Source: an uncultured Thermomicrobiales bacterium (GTDB taxonomy: Bacteria > Chloroflexota > Chloroflexia > Thermomicrobiales > CFX8). From it: DNA of 63,333 nucleotides. The stretch is taken from NCBI GenBank assembly GCA_964577155.1, contig CAZNYB010000010.1:1-63333 (forward strand), written 5' to 3'. The position numbers and the translations under genes were made by a program. The notes beneath the pieces are model-generated. The model saw only the letters and a list, made by a program, of their open reading frames with translations, ran no database searches and had not been told where the DNA came from. Every line of letters begins with the position of its first letter. The stretch's first letter is position 1. This document shows positions 29,643 to 39,655 of this stretch, piece by piece.

Positions 29643-31312
29643 CAGTACGCGTTGTACACCCGCCGACCGGACCGGAGATTTCCTGCAAAGGCTGGCTCCA
29701 GGAAGCGGCGCTCCGGATGCTCATGCACAACCTTGATCCGGAGGTAGCCGAGATTCCGGAGGAGCTCGTTGTCTACGGTGGCACTGGCAAGGCAGCTCGT
29801 AGCTGGGAAGCGTTTGATGCGATTGTCAACGCATTGCGGCAGCTTGAGAATGACGAGACGTTGCTCATTCAGTCAGGAAAACCGGTAGGCATTTTCCGCA
29901 CCCACGAAGACGCTCCGCGTGTCCTGATCGCGAATTCACTTCTGGTCCCGAAATGGGCAACCTGGGAAGACTTCTGGGAACTCGAAGGTCTTGGACTCAC
30001 CATGTACGGCCAGATGACCGCTGGCTCGTGGATCTACATAGGGACTCAAGGGATTCTTCAAGGTACCTATGAGACGTTTGCTGAGCTGGCACGCCAGCAT
30101 TTCAACGGTTCTCTGCAGGGAACGATCACGGTTACCGCAGGACTTGGCGGGATGGGCGGTGCGCAACCGTTGGCGATAACAATGAACGGCGGCGTCTGTC
30201 TGGTTGTCGAAGCAGACCCTGAGCGGGTGCGTCGACGTGTTGAAACGCGGTACTGTGACGAACTTGCAGAGGATCTTGATAGCGCTCTGGAACGGGTGAG
30301 CGACGCGGCCAAAGCCGGTGAGGCAATATCAGTTGCTCTGGTTGGCAATGCGGCCGAAGTCTTGCCGGAGCTTGTCAAGCGAGGATTTGTGCCAGACATC
30401 ATCACCGATCAAACTTCAGCGCATGATCCTCTCAACGGCTATGTCGTCCCTGAAATGACGCTGGAAGACGCCGTCATCTTGCGGCAAACAGATCCTAAAA
30501 CCTATACATCCCGCTCATTTCAAGCGATGGGGCAACACGTCCAAGCGATTCTTGCCATGCAATCCGCAGGCTCCATTGCGTTCGACTACGGGAACAACCT
30601 GAGAGGTCAGGCGTATCTGGCCGGTGTCGACAACGCGTTCGACTATCCAGGGTTTGTTCCGGCATTTGTTCGACCTCTGTTTTGTGAAGGAAGCGGTCCT
30701 TTTCGCTGGGTAGCGTTGTCTGGCGACCCGAAGGATATTCAGGTTACCGATGATGCGCTGATAGAACTGTTCCCTGAAAACGAGTCTCTCCATCGCTGGC
30801 TGAGGATGGCCGAAGAGCGCGTGGAGTTTCAAGGCCTGCCTTCTCGCATCTGCTGGTTGAACTACGGTGAACGGCATCTAGCCGGTTTGCGATTTAACGA
30901 ACTGGTCGCCTCCGGGCAGGTTCAAGCGCCGATTGTCATCGGTAGGGATCATCTTGATTCCGGATCAGTCGCCTCACCGTATCGTGAGACTGAAGGCATG
31001 AAGGACGGATCAGACGCTATTGCTGACTGGCCAGTACTCAATGCGTTGCTCAATACGGCGTCCGGCGCAACCTGGGTATCGGTCCACCATGGAGGCGGTG
31101 TTGGCATGGGCTTGTCGATCCATGCTGGAGTTGTCATCGTGGCAGACGGAACTCCTGAAGCAGCCAAGCGCCTTGAACGTGTCCTAACCAATGACCCGGG
31201 AACCGGCGTCATGCGACATGTCGATGCTGGCTACGAGCGAGCTATCCTGCACGCTCGTGCGACGAACATGAAGATTCCCATGTTGGATTCGAAAGTAGAG
31301 GCAGCTGAATAA
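29639..31312 (+). CDS. hutU: Urocanate hydratase
   Basis: [47 protein letters not shown]. Confidence 0.98.
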   Translation: MTVRVVHPPTGPEISCKGWLQEAALRMLMHNLDPEVAEIPEELVVYGGTGKAARSWEAFDAIVNALRQLENDETLLIQSGKPVGIFRTHEDAPRVLIANSLLVPKWATWEDFWELEGLGLTMYGQMTAGSWIYIGTQGILQGTYETFAELARQHFNGSLQGTITVTAGLGGMGGAQPLAITMNGGVCLVVEADPERVRRRVETRYCDELAEDLDSALERVSDAAKAGEAISVALVGNAAEVLPELVKRGFVPDIITDQTSAHDPLNGYVVPEMTLEDAVILRQTDPKTYTSRSFQAMGQHVQAILAMQSAGSIAFDYGNNLRGQAYLAGVDNAFDYPGFVPAFVRPLFCEGSGPFRWVALSGDPKDIQVTDDALIELFPENESLHRWLRMAEERVEFQGLPSRICWLNYGERHLAGLRFNELVASGQVQAPIVIGRDHLDSGSVASPYRETEGMKDGSDAIADWPVLNALLNTASGATWVSVHHGGGVGMGLSIHAGVVIVADGTPEAAKRLERVLTNDPGTGVMRHVDAGYERAILHARATNMKIPMLDSKVEAAE

Positions 31313-31336
31313 CAAGGCAACTTTCCGGCTTCAAGA

Positions 31337-32242
31337 TCAGCCACAGTGTTGATTGAGAAACTCGGTTGCCGCCTGACCTGCCTCTGTCGATGAGCGCAAC
31401 CACGGACCATGTCCGCCGTCAACAACCAGCATTTCCGCGTTTGGCATGACGTCTACTGCTTGTTGACCGATTTCAACAGAACCCATCGGATCTTCATCTC
31501 CCCAGATAAATAGAGTCGGTTGACGTATTTGAGCAATCTGATCGGAAGACAGACTCATTTCAGATATAGCTCCCCAAGGACGAACGAGTTGGTTGAGTGT
31601 CGCTTGAAAAGCAGGCGCAAAATCAGGCAAATTTTCAGTAGCTAGCAGCAGCTCAGCAATCTCAGGTTGCAACGGATATTCACGAACCATTTTCGATAAC
31701 TGCTCGACCTGGTTTGAGGAAGGCGGCTGCAACTTCATGACTATCTGATGAATGATAGGCACCGAAAGCATTCGCATAGGCAGGGGTGCAGATGTTGATA
31801 GCAGTAATGCTGGACAGCCAACATGGACAATAGCAGAAACTCGGTCTGCCTTCGCCATTGCAAACCAGCACGTCCAGAGAGATCCTAATGAATTGGCTAT
31901 TATTGCCGGTTTGTCCAGTTCAAGCGCATCAATCACCTCATGTAGAAATTGAACTGCGTTTGTTCGGATGTCTTTGAAAAAATGTACAGGCGCATTGGTG
32001 AGACCAAACCCGGGCAGATCAACTCCATACAAGGTGAAGCCAGGAAGTTGAGCCATCAGCGGTGCAAACATTGCTGCTGGAGTCCCGATTCCGTTTACCA
32101 TAACCACGGGAGGTCCTTCTCCGATCTCCAACACTTGTGCTTGCCCTCGACAAACCGGCACATCTATATACTGGGGCTCAGCCAGAACGTTGTTCCGTTC
32201 GAGGGCAAGATCTTGTGCGCGCTTAAATGCATCGACCGCCAT
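31337..32242 (-). CDS. Alpha/beta fold hydrolase
   Basis: DLPGFG, nucleophile ANSLG, IWGDED, GHGPW. Start at MAVDA after AGGAAGG. Confidence 0.88.
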   Translation of the reverse strand: MAVDAFKRAQDLALERNNVLAEPQYIDVPVCRGQAQVLEIGEGPPVVMVNGIGTPAAMFAPLMAQLPGFTLYGVDLPGFGLTNAPVHFFKDIRTNAVQFLHEVIDALELDKPAIIANSLGSLWTCWFAMAKADRVSAIVHVGCPALLLSTSAPLPMRMLSVPIIHQIVMKLQPPSSNQVEQLSKMVREYPLQPEIAELLLATENLPDFAPAFQATLNQLVRPWGAISEMSLSSDQIAQIRQPTLFIWGDEDPMGSVEIGQQAVDVMPNAEMLVVDGGHGPWLRSSTEAGQAATEFLNQHCG

Positions 32243-32361
32243 GCGACCACCTTCCTTGAAGTTGATAAGTAGGTTACAAGTAAGTGTTACACATGGCTGA
32301 ATCAACAACCTCACCTGCGAGAAACTGGATGCGTTGAGCCGAAAAAATAGCTTCAGGAATG

Positions 32362-33879
32362 TTAGGCAACATCCGTTGGTCGGTACTGCAATGCCTCGGC
32401 GAGGTGGTGAGATTGAATCTGATCTTCTCCAGCAAGGTCGGCTATTGTTCTGCTGAGTTTCAGGACGCGGTGATAGGCGCGGCCAGTGAGCTGCAACTGC
32501 CTCATTGCCGCTTTCATCAGCGTCTCGGATGTGTCATCGAGCTTGCATACTGCCTGAACTTCTTTAGCGCCCATGTCTGAATTGGTTCTCAGATCTGTCC
32601 CGCGAAACCGCGCCGTCTGCCGTTCTCGAGCGCTCTGCACTCGCTCGCGGATAGCGGAGGAAGATTCTCCGTCGCGACGGTCCGATAGTTTTTCATAGTC
32701 AACTTGCGGCACATCGAGATGAATGTCTACTCGATCCAGCAACGGTCCTGAGATACGTTTTTGATACCGAGTGATAACCGGAGTAGAGCAGGTGCAGTCC
32801 CGTGTCGGGTGTCCAAAATATCCACAGGGACACGGATTCATGGCCCCCACCAGCACGAAATTCGCGGGATACGTCACAGCGCCGGTTGCGCGGGAGATCG
32901 TAATTTCTCGATCTTCAAGCGGCTGGCGCAGTAATTCTAGTGATTGCGGTCCAAACTCCGGAAGTTCATCAAGGAACAGCACACCCCGGTGAGCCAGGGT
33001 GATCTCTCCCGGCCTGGGAAATCGACCTCCGCCAACAAGGCCAGCATAAGAGATCGTATGATGCGGTGAGCGAAATGGCCGTTCGCGAATCAGCGGTTGA
33101 TTGCCGGGTAAGAGCCCGGCAACTGAGTAAATTTTGGTGATTTCTATGGCTTCGCTCCGAGTGAGTTCTGGGAGGATAGAAGGCAGAGACCGGGAGAGTA
33201 AGGTCTTGCCAGCCCCGGGCGGTCCCTTCATAAGCGCATTGTGGCTACCTGCCGCGGCTACTTCAAGTCCTCGTTTTACCTGTTCCTGCCCACGAATCAC
33301 CGAGAAATCGAGCACATCCGATTCGGGAACTGATCCGTCGAAGGGTTTGCCCCGGTATGGAGGTATCGGCGCTTCACCAGTTAGGTGCTTGATAAATCCT
33401 TCTAATGTGTCGATTGGATAGATGTCGATATCTTCGACCAGCGCTGCTTCATCGGCGTTGATCCACGGCACATACGCGCGCTTGATTCCCTGCTGAGCAG
33501 CGACAGACACCATCGGAAGTACCCCGTTGGTGTGGCGGACACTGCCATCAAGAGATAGTTCACCGACGGTGATGGCATCATCTATATCCGCATCCAGCGC
33601 CCTCGACGCCAACAACACGCCAAGTGCGATTGGTAAATCATACGCCGGACCTTCTTTTCGGATGTCGGCCGGAGCAAGATTTACTGTCACTCGCCCGAGC
33701 GGAAACCGAACGCCTGTATTGCGAATTGCCGCTCGCACTCTCTCGCGCGACTCTTGTACCGCGGTGTCTGGCAAACCAACTACGATAAATCCTGGATGGC
33801 CTGGACTTGAATCGACCTCGGCTTCAATCAACACGCCTTCAAGCCCGATCGTCGCGCAAGTGATTACTTTGGCAAGCAA
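32362..33879 (-). CDS. comM: YifB/ComM Mg-chelatase-like AAA+ ATPase (DNA helicase)
   Basis: VGLPDTAVQESRERV, GPPGAGKT, FRSPHH, LFLDELPEF, NPCPCG, SGPLLDR. Confidence 0.93.
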   Translation of the reverse strand: MLAKVITCATIGLEGVLIEAEVDSSPGHPGFIVVGLPDTAVQESRERVRAAIRNTGVRFPLGRVTVNLAPADIRKEGPAYDLPIALGVLLASRALDADIDDAITVGELSLDGSVRHTNGVLPMVSVAAQQGIKRAYVPWINADEAALVEDIDIYPIDTLEGFIKHLTGEAPIPPYRGKPFDGSVPESDVLDFSVIRGQEQVKRGLEVAAAGSHNALMKGPPGAGKTLLSRSLPSILPELTRSEAIEITKIYSVAGLLPGNQPLIRERPFRSPHHTISYAGLVGGGRFPRPGEITLAHRGVLFLDELPEFGPQSLELLRQPLEDREITISRATGAVTYPANFVLVGAMNPCPCGYFGHPTRDCTCSTPVITRYQKRISGPLLDRVDIHLDVPQVDYEKLSDRRDGESSSAIRERVQSARERQTARFRGTDLRTNSDMGAKEVQAVCKLDDTSETLMKAAMRQLQLTGRAYHRVLKLSRTIADLAGEDQIQSHHLAEALQYRPTDVA

Positions 33880-33910
33880 TGTGCATTCCCCTGGTTGTCG
33901 TGAACTGGTG

Positions 33911-34492
33911 CTAGAACCAGCGACGCTTCCGCTCTATCATCACAACACCGAGCAGGTTTGCGCCCACTCGTTCGAGCGCGTCGCGGGCTTCAATGGCTTC
34001 TGCCCGGCGCGTCTTACCGGCTGAGATGACGAGTATCGTAGCATCTGCACTGGCTGCGAGCGCAAGTGCATCGTTCCATTCAGGCAATGGAGCGCAAGAC
34101 AACACAAGGTAGTTGAAGCGTTCTTCAAGAAGTTCGAGGGTATCTGGCAGATGAGAGGCTGTCAGCACGTCCGGTTGATCAAGGGTGCCTGGACCGATTT
34201 TTGTGAGGTTCTTTATCTCGGTCTGCTGCAGTGTTTCATCGACGGGTATGTTAGCCTCGATCAGATCAACAATGCCAGGCTGATCGGAATGGCCATTTCG
34301 CACATCGGTGTCGATATACAGACACCGATCGCCACCTCGTGCAAACGCCTCTGCCAGCCGTTCCGCAACCCGACTTGAATCCTGACGGTCGATATCAACT
34401 ACCAGCACGCTCTGAATGGGATCGCCATCACCGGTAAATTTAACCGTCGATCGGAGACCACGAAATGCTTCCGCGACGGCTTCAGTACTCAT
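33911..34492 (-). CDS. CpsD/CapB (BY-kinase)-like protein with degenerate nucleotide motifs
   Basis: AEAFRGLRS, YIDTDVR, DALALA and GANLLGVV match the CapB fold, but Walker A and the C-terminal Tyr cluster are missing. Confidence 0.8.
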   Translation of the reverse strand: MSTEAVAEAFRGLRSTVKFTGDGDPIQSVLVVDIDRQDSSRVAERLAEAFARGGDRCLYIDTDVRNGHSDQPGIVDLIEANIPVDETLQQTEIKNLTKIGPGTLDQPDVLTASHLPDTLELLEERFNYLVLSCAPLPEWNDALALAASADATILVISAGKTRRAEAIEARDALERVGANLLGVVMIERKRRWF

Positions 34493-35199
34493 GATTGCGT
34501 GTTCGCCCTTTCGAAAGAGTCCGGAATTCTCGTCAACAATGGCGTTTCCAAATATCGTTCAAGATCGGTTTCATTCTTCAACGTATCATCACGATAGATC
34601 AAATAGAAAACAAGCAGAAAACCGGCTGTCAGACCAAGGAGACCGGCGGCAACGGTATTAACTTTAACCCGGGGTCCGCTGGCTGTCGCTGGCGGATTTG
34701 CCTGTTCAAGAGCAAGAAGGTTGACCCGTCCGGGATAGCGATCTTCGATATCCTGAACCTGATTGACGAAGTCCTCGTTCTGTTCTTCATTGAGTTCAAT
34801 AAACCCTGCTGCAAGCGCATTTGCTATATCAGCTGAACGAGCGGGATCCGAATCAACGACGACGATCTGAACCGTATTCGTATCCGGGTTGTGTCCAAGC
34901 TGCAAAGTGCTCTGTGCCTGGCCAGGATCGATATAGTCCAGACCCGCCGATTGCAACGCCCCATTAACAAAATCCCAGCTATTAATCAGATCCTTGTACG
35001 ATGCCAGCCTGTTTTTTGCATACAGATCCAACCAGTAGTCGGCCGGCTCGGCGATTGCAATCAAACGAACGCTAGAGGTGTAGGTTTTCGCCTGCCTAAC
35101 TGTACCGACATACCCTACCAGGGCGGCGACGAGCGTCACAATCAGGATGATCCACCAGCGGCGAAGCACCTCGCCAGCCAACTCTTCAGGTCGCATCAT
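34489..35199 (-). CDS. Wzz/CapA (CpsC)-like polysaccharide co-polymerase
   Basis: LRRWWII TM, Y.S, P..P.GPRVKVN, second TM, DDTLKNETDLERYL..PLL.RIP. Confidence 0.85.
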   Translation of the reverse strand: MMRPEELAGEVLRRWWIILIVTLVAALVGYVGTVRQAKTYTSSVRLIAIAEPADYWLDLYAKNRLASYKDLINSWDFVNGALQSAGLDYIDPGQAQSTLQLGHNPDTNTVQIVVVDSDPARSADIANALAAGFIELNEEQNEDFVNQVQDIEDRYPGRVNLLALEQANPPATASGPRVKVNTVAAGLLGLTAGFLLVFYLIYRDDTLKNETDLERYLETPLLTRIPDSFERANTQS

Positions 35200-35885
35200 G
35201 ACTCATCACCTGGAATCACCGCGAGGTTGGGTAGCTCGATCACATGGCAGGCAGACTCCGCATCGTAAATTCGATCGTCTAGGTAGTCGATGGCGAAGGC
35301 AAGCAGAACACCAAATCCGAACGCCACCAGGATCGAAAGGATGAGGATAAGTCTCGTTCGCTGGGTATCTGAAGAAACTCCTCCAGGCAACTGAACCGCT
35401 CGTACCGTTGAGACTGGTTCCGACTGTTCATGGCCAAGATAGCTGGAGGTATTTTCCAACACCTCCGTAGCGGCAGCATTCGCGATTCTGAGCGCTTGTT
35501 CTGGATCTGACGATGTTGCCGATATTGTCAGAATGCGGTGCTTCCGGTCGGCAACGATTGCACCCTGGACTTCCCCGCCAGATGCCGTTTCCCCTGACGC
35601 TGCAATCCGGATTGCGACGTTGTTTGCGAAAACGTTGCCACGAACGATTTCAACCAGGTCGTCGATCTCAAATTCACTGGCGAGATAGTTGTAGTACTCG
35701 TCAAACTGAAAGTCTTCCGGAATGTCGGTTTCCGGCTGACGCACAACAGACAGTCTGGCAGTTGCTGTGTAGTTTGTGGTTCGAGTGACATCTTGATAAA
35801 TCGCAAAAATGATCACCAGCAACGGCAGGGCTAGAACGATATACCAGCGTCTGAGCAAAACAGCGAGATAGATTCTCAGCTCCAT
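35196..35885 (-). CDS. Wzz/CapA (CpsC)-like polysaccharide co-polymerase (second copy)
   Basis: MELRIYL..LRRW TM, YTATA, TM, YLDDRI...LPNLAVIP. Confidence 0.85.
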   Translation of the reverse strand: MELRIYLAVLLRRWYIVLALPLLVIIFAIYQDVTRTTNYTATARLSVVRQPETDIPEDFQFDEYYNYLASEFEIDDLVEIVRGNVFANNVAIRIAASGETASGGEVQGAIVADRKHRILTISATSSDPEQALRIANAAATEVLENTSSYLGHEQSEPVSTVRAVQLPGGVSSDTQRTRLILILSILVAFGFGVLLAFAIDYLDDRIYDAESACHVIELPNLAVIPGDES

Positions 35886-37060
35886 TGAATCTCCTGGCGT
35901 TCGGCGTGATAGGTGGCCATCGTAATATCAACCAGTTCAGCTAATTCCTGTTTGAAACGCCGGACCGAAAATTTCTGAGCATGAGAAACCAGTGTTTCTG
36001 TTGAAAACGTCTGCTTTTCGAACCGTTTTACGCCAGAAATCAAACTCTCCGCCGTTCGATCGCGAACCCAGATTCCAGTTACACCGGGAACCACAGAATC
36101 CAGCACTCCTCCTGCGGCAAGGGCTATGACCGGTCTGCCTGAAGCCTGGGTTTCTACTTGTGCGATTCCGAAATCATCTTCAGACATGAAAATCGCTGCC
36201 CGGCAGCAAGCATATGCCTCTCTCAACTCTTCATCTGACACCCGGCCAAGAAACGTAATCGACGGACCGGCTTTCCGTTCCAGCGACTGCCTGTCCCGTC
36301 CTTCACCAATGATGCGCAAAGGAAGTCCCAAGGCATTAAACGCTTCGATGACGATGTCGATACGTTTGTACGGGACTAACCGGGAGATGAGCAAAAAGTA
36401 ATCCTCGACACGGTCAGTCGGCAGCGGCTGAAACATTTCTACGTTGACCGGCGGGAAAATGACCGCCGCATCGCGTCTCCAAAAGGCACGAATTCGGTCC
36501 CGAACTGCGGTTGAATTTGCAATGAATTGATCGACACGAGGCGCGGTTGCCCTGTCACGCCAGCGGAGAAAGGACATATACGGCGGCAGAACTTTACGGA
36601 CGGGATCAGGCAAACGTTCGCGTTCGCCGTACTGCGGGAAATCCCAGGCAAAACGCATAGGTGCATGAATATAGCTGATGTGAACTGCGCCTGGTGGAGG
36701 CGAGACCATTTTTGCCCAGGCGCTTGAAGATGAGAGAACCAGATCGCATGGCGGGAGTTTCAGAAATTCAAACGATAGCGGAAAGGCAGGTAACGCCCAC
36801 TGGTGATTTCTCCGGGAGCCAGGAATTCGATTAATCCAGTTTGGTCGTATGTCCATTGACAGATATTCGTCAGGCATGCGCTCAGGATCGTAAACCGAGG
36901 TATACACCGGAGGGCTGTCCGCCATGCTGACCATGACTTCGAGCAGTCGCTCCGCGCCGCCATGCTGGTTCAGGTAGTCGTGGACGAGGATGGTGTTTTC
37001 AGGCAGCCTGGGCTGTGAAATGGTGCTGAAATTGGATTCGATAACGTTAATATGCGCCAC
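35876..37060 (-). CDS. Glycosyltransferase family 4
   Basis: HDYLNQHGGAER, SRLVPYKRID, EDDFGIAQVETQASG. Confidence 0.92.
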   Translation of the reverse strand: MAHINVIESNFSTISQPRLPENTILVHDYLNQHGGAERLLEVMVSMADSPPVYTSVYDPERMPDEYLSMDIRPNWINRIPGSRRNHQWALPAFPLSFEFLKLPPCDLVLSSSSAWAKMVSPPPGAVHISYIHAPMRFAWDFPQYGERERLPDPVRKVLPPYMSFLRWRDRATAPRVDQFIANSTAVRDRIRAFWRRDAAVIFPPVNVEMFQPLPTDRVEDYFLLISRLVPYKRIDIVIEAFNALGLPLRIIGEGRDRQSLERKAGPSITFLGRVSDEELREAYACCRAAIFMSEDDFGIAQVETQASGRPVIALAAGGVLDSVVPGVTGIWVRDRTAESLISGVKRFEKQTFSTETLVSHAQKFSVRRFKQELAELVDITMATYHAERQEIQWS

Positions 37061-38522
37061 GCGCTAACACTATTGCCGGGACCGTCCTCAGTATCGTTTT
37101 GACATCGAGCCAGGGGGACCAGTTCTCGGCGTAGTAGAGATCCAGGCGAACCATCTCGTCGAAGGTCAGATTGCTTCGGCCACTCACCTGCCAGAGACCG
37201 GTCAGTCCTGGTAAGACCAGGAGCCGGTCATAGTGCCACTCTTCATATTCGGCAACTTCTGGCGGCACCGCTGGTCTCGGTCCAACGATACTCATCTCAC
37301 CAAGGACAACGTTGAAAAATTGTGGCAATTCATCCAGGCTGGATCGTCGCAGGAAACTCCCAAAGCGAGTTCGTCGCGGATCATCTTTGAGCTTGAAGAG
37401 TAAATCGTTGCGACCATAAGCTTCCTGGAGTCGCGCTTTTTGGGATTCAGCATCTTCGATCATCGTACGAAATTTGTAGCAGGTGAACCGGCGGCCTTCA
37501 CGGCCAACCCTTTCCTGCCGGAAGAAGACTGACCCGTTCGAGTCCAGTTTGATGCCGAGAGCGATCAAAGCAAACAGCCAGGAAAAACCGATAAGGATGA
37601 ACGCGGACAAGATGATGTCCATGCTTCGCTTGATGAACGCATTCCATCCGGATATCTGAGCTGGTTTGACGCCGATCAGCGGTAGTCCCGCGACCTCATG
37701 AATATTGACCCGATCGAGCGCCATCTCAAAGAGATCTGGCACGAGTTTGCATTCGATGTCTTTCTGCCTGCAATCCTCCATAATCTGGTTCATGCTCTGG
37801 TGCTTTTCAGGAGGTAAGGCGATGATTACTTCGTCAACTGTATTCGCCTGTATCATTCTTGAAAGGGTAGCAATCGATCCTAGATACATCGGACGGTGGA
37901 CAGAGGATTGCGTAGCGATAGTAATCTCAGGGACTTCAAGACTATCGTCTACAAATCCGACGACATCGTAGCCAAGTTGGGGTTGTCCTAACAGCCACTG
38001 CATCACCCGACGACCGGCTTTGCCGCTACCCACGACGACGACTCTGTCGACACCGATTCCCTTCGCCCAGAGTCGTTCTCTGATCACTCGGACAATTATC
38101 CTGGCTACCAGTAGTATCCCGATGATGGTTGGCACCGCCAGGATGAACACCAGACGGGAGGGGGCGAAGCGCTGGAAAAATGCATACAGAACAACGAGGG
38201 ACATGGCGATGAGTACCCCGCTGGATATAATCCAGACTTCATCCAGCAAGGTGGCCCAGCGTGGCAACCGATACAGCCCTTTCATCTGAAAGACGACGGC
38301 TGTAAGTATGGCGACCAGAACGACTGTGCTGTAAAAGTTCGACAGCGGTTGGTGCGAGTTTGACGGAACCTCGCCGCCAAGTCCAACGTCGAACCTTAAC
38401 CAGTAGGCGGTTGCAAATCCGAGTGCCGCAAGAATCCCATCGGATGTCATGCGCAACGAAGTTGCAAACCAGCGAGGTATTCCGTCAATTCCGCGGTGTG
38501 CTACTCGACCGTTCGCCCCCAC
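37047..38522 (-). CDS. Polyprenyl-phosphate hexose-1-phosphate transferase (WcaJ/CpsE-type priming sugar transferase)
   Basis: 4 N-terminal TM, CoA-binding-like domain, KRSMD, KFRTM, DELPQF.NV..GEMSIVGPRP, PGLTGLWQV. Start moved to the GTG after GAAGGGG. Confidence 0.92.
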   Translation of the reverse strand: MGANGRVAHRGIDGIPRWFATSLRMTSDGILAALGFATAYWLRFDVGLGGEVPSNSHQPLSNFYSTVVLVAILTAVVFQMKGLYRLPRWATLLDEVWIISSGVLIAMSLVVLYAFFQRFAPSRLVFILAVPTIIGILLVARIIVRVIRERLWAKGIGVDRVVVVGSGKAGRRVMQWLLGQPQLGYDVVGFVDDSLEVPEITIATQSSVHRPMYLGSIATLSRMIQANTVDEVIIALPPEKHQSMNQIMEDCRQKDIECKLVPDLFEMALDRVNIHEVAGLPLIGVKPAQISGWNAFIKRSMDIILSAFILIGFSWLFALIALGIKLDSNGSVFFRQERVGREGRRFTCYKFRTMIEDAESQKARLQEAYGRNDLLFKLKDDPRRTRFGSFLRRSSLDELPQFFNVVLGEMSIVGPRPAVPPEVAEYEEWHYDRLLVLPGLTGLWQVSGRSNLTFDEMVRLDLYYAENWSPWLDVKTILRTVPAIVLARGAY

Positions 38523-38746
38523 AGCGTCCGGTTTCCCCCTTCGGTGAGCGCAATGCAATAAAGTCGAAGATTGCCCGAAAAATCCCCAAAGATCGCAGCA
38601 GAGTATAGCACAAATCGTCCCGCTACTTTGCATGCGAACTATGCGAACGTACGCGAAATGAGCACTACAAATTCAGGCAAACTGCCGCTCTTCTGCTATG
38701 ATCTGACGGCTTGAATCGCCGCAGCTATGATGGGGAAAGTTGCTCT

Positions 38747-39640
38747 GTGGAACGGCTTTGGACTCCCTGGAGGATGACCTACATAAACGAAGACAGCGGC
38801 AAGAAGGAATGCCCGTTCTGTGAAAGTCTCAAGTATGCAGATGCATTCGATTCACTCGTTGTCTACGTCGGAGCAACGCAATATCTCATCATGAATCTTT
38901 TTCCATACAACACCGGTCACCTGCTTGTCGTGCCGAAATCCCACCTGGCAAGTATCGAAGAGCTTTCACCCACCGAACGGTCCGAGATGTTCGAACTCGC
39001 CAATCTAGCCGTCGAAGCGTTACGCAACGCGATGAACGCAGACGGCTTCAACTTAGGCATGAATATCGGACCGGTGTCTGGCGCTGGCATCGCAGAGCAT
39101 GCTCATTTGCATGTCGTGCCACGCTGGTTCGGGGATACAAATTTCATGCCGCTGCTGGCAAATGTGAAAGTGCTACCAGAGCAGCTCCTGGTCAGCAAAG
39201 CAAAGATAAAAGCTGAGATCGACTCGATACTGAGCAAACACAATAAGTCGTTACGTCCCGCTGCGGGCGCGATTGTGTATGACAAGGAAGCCTCAGCCAT
39301 TGTGCTGAGAAAAACGGTCAACAATGAACTCGTTATTCCCAAAGGCAAAATAGAGAGTGGTGAATCAGTCGCTGAGGCTGCCATGCGAGAAGTGCTGGAA
39401 GAAACCGGGTATCAATCTCAAATCGCAGGTTGGGCCGGCCGGGAGACGATTGATGTTTCCTCAGCGTATCAGCTGGACGTCACCTATTTTTTAGCGACCG
39501 GCGTGCCAGGCAACACGACAGCAGAACACCTTGCAACAGACACAGTCCTGGTGCCAGTGGACGAGTCGCTCGCCAAATTAACCTTCGAGAATCAGCGAAA
39601 CATCCTTGAACGAGTACTTCCTCTGATTAATTCACTCTAG
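38747..39640 (+). CDS. HIT-domain / Nudix-domain fusion protein
   Basis: LWTPWRMTYI, CPFC, NLFPYNTGH and HAHLHVVPR (HIT), followed by Nudix box GKIESGESVAEAAMREVLEETG. Confidence 0.88.
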   Translation: MERLWTPWRMTYINEDSGKKECPFCESLKYADAFDSLVVYVGATQYLIMNLFPYNTGHLLVVPKSHLASIEELSPTERSEMFELANLAVEALRNAMNADGFNLGMNIGPVSGAGIAEHAHLHVVPRWFGDTNFMPLLANVKVLPEQLLVSKAKIKAEIDSILSKHNKSLRPAAGAIVYDKEASAIVLRKTVNNELVIPKGKIESGESVAEAAMREVLEETGYQSQIAGWAGRETIDVSSAYQLDVTYFLATGVPGNTTAEHLATDTVLVPVDESLAKLTFENQRNILERVLPLINSL

Positions 39641-39655
39641 CAGAAGTCCATTCGA

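Noticed and set aside
32362-33879. comM as an integration hotspot carrying an island
   Set aside because: The gene is intact, and no integrase or att duplication was seen.
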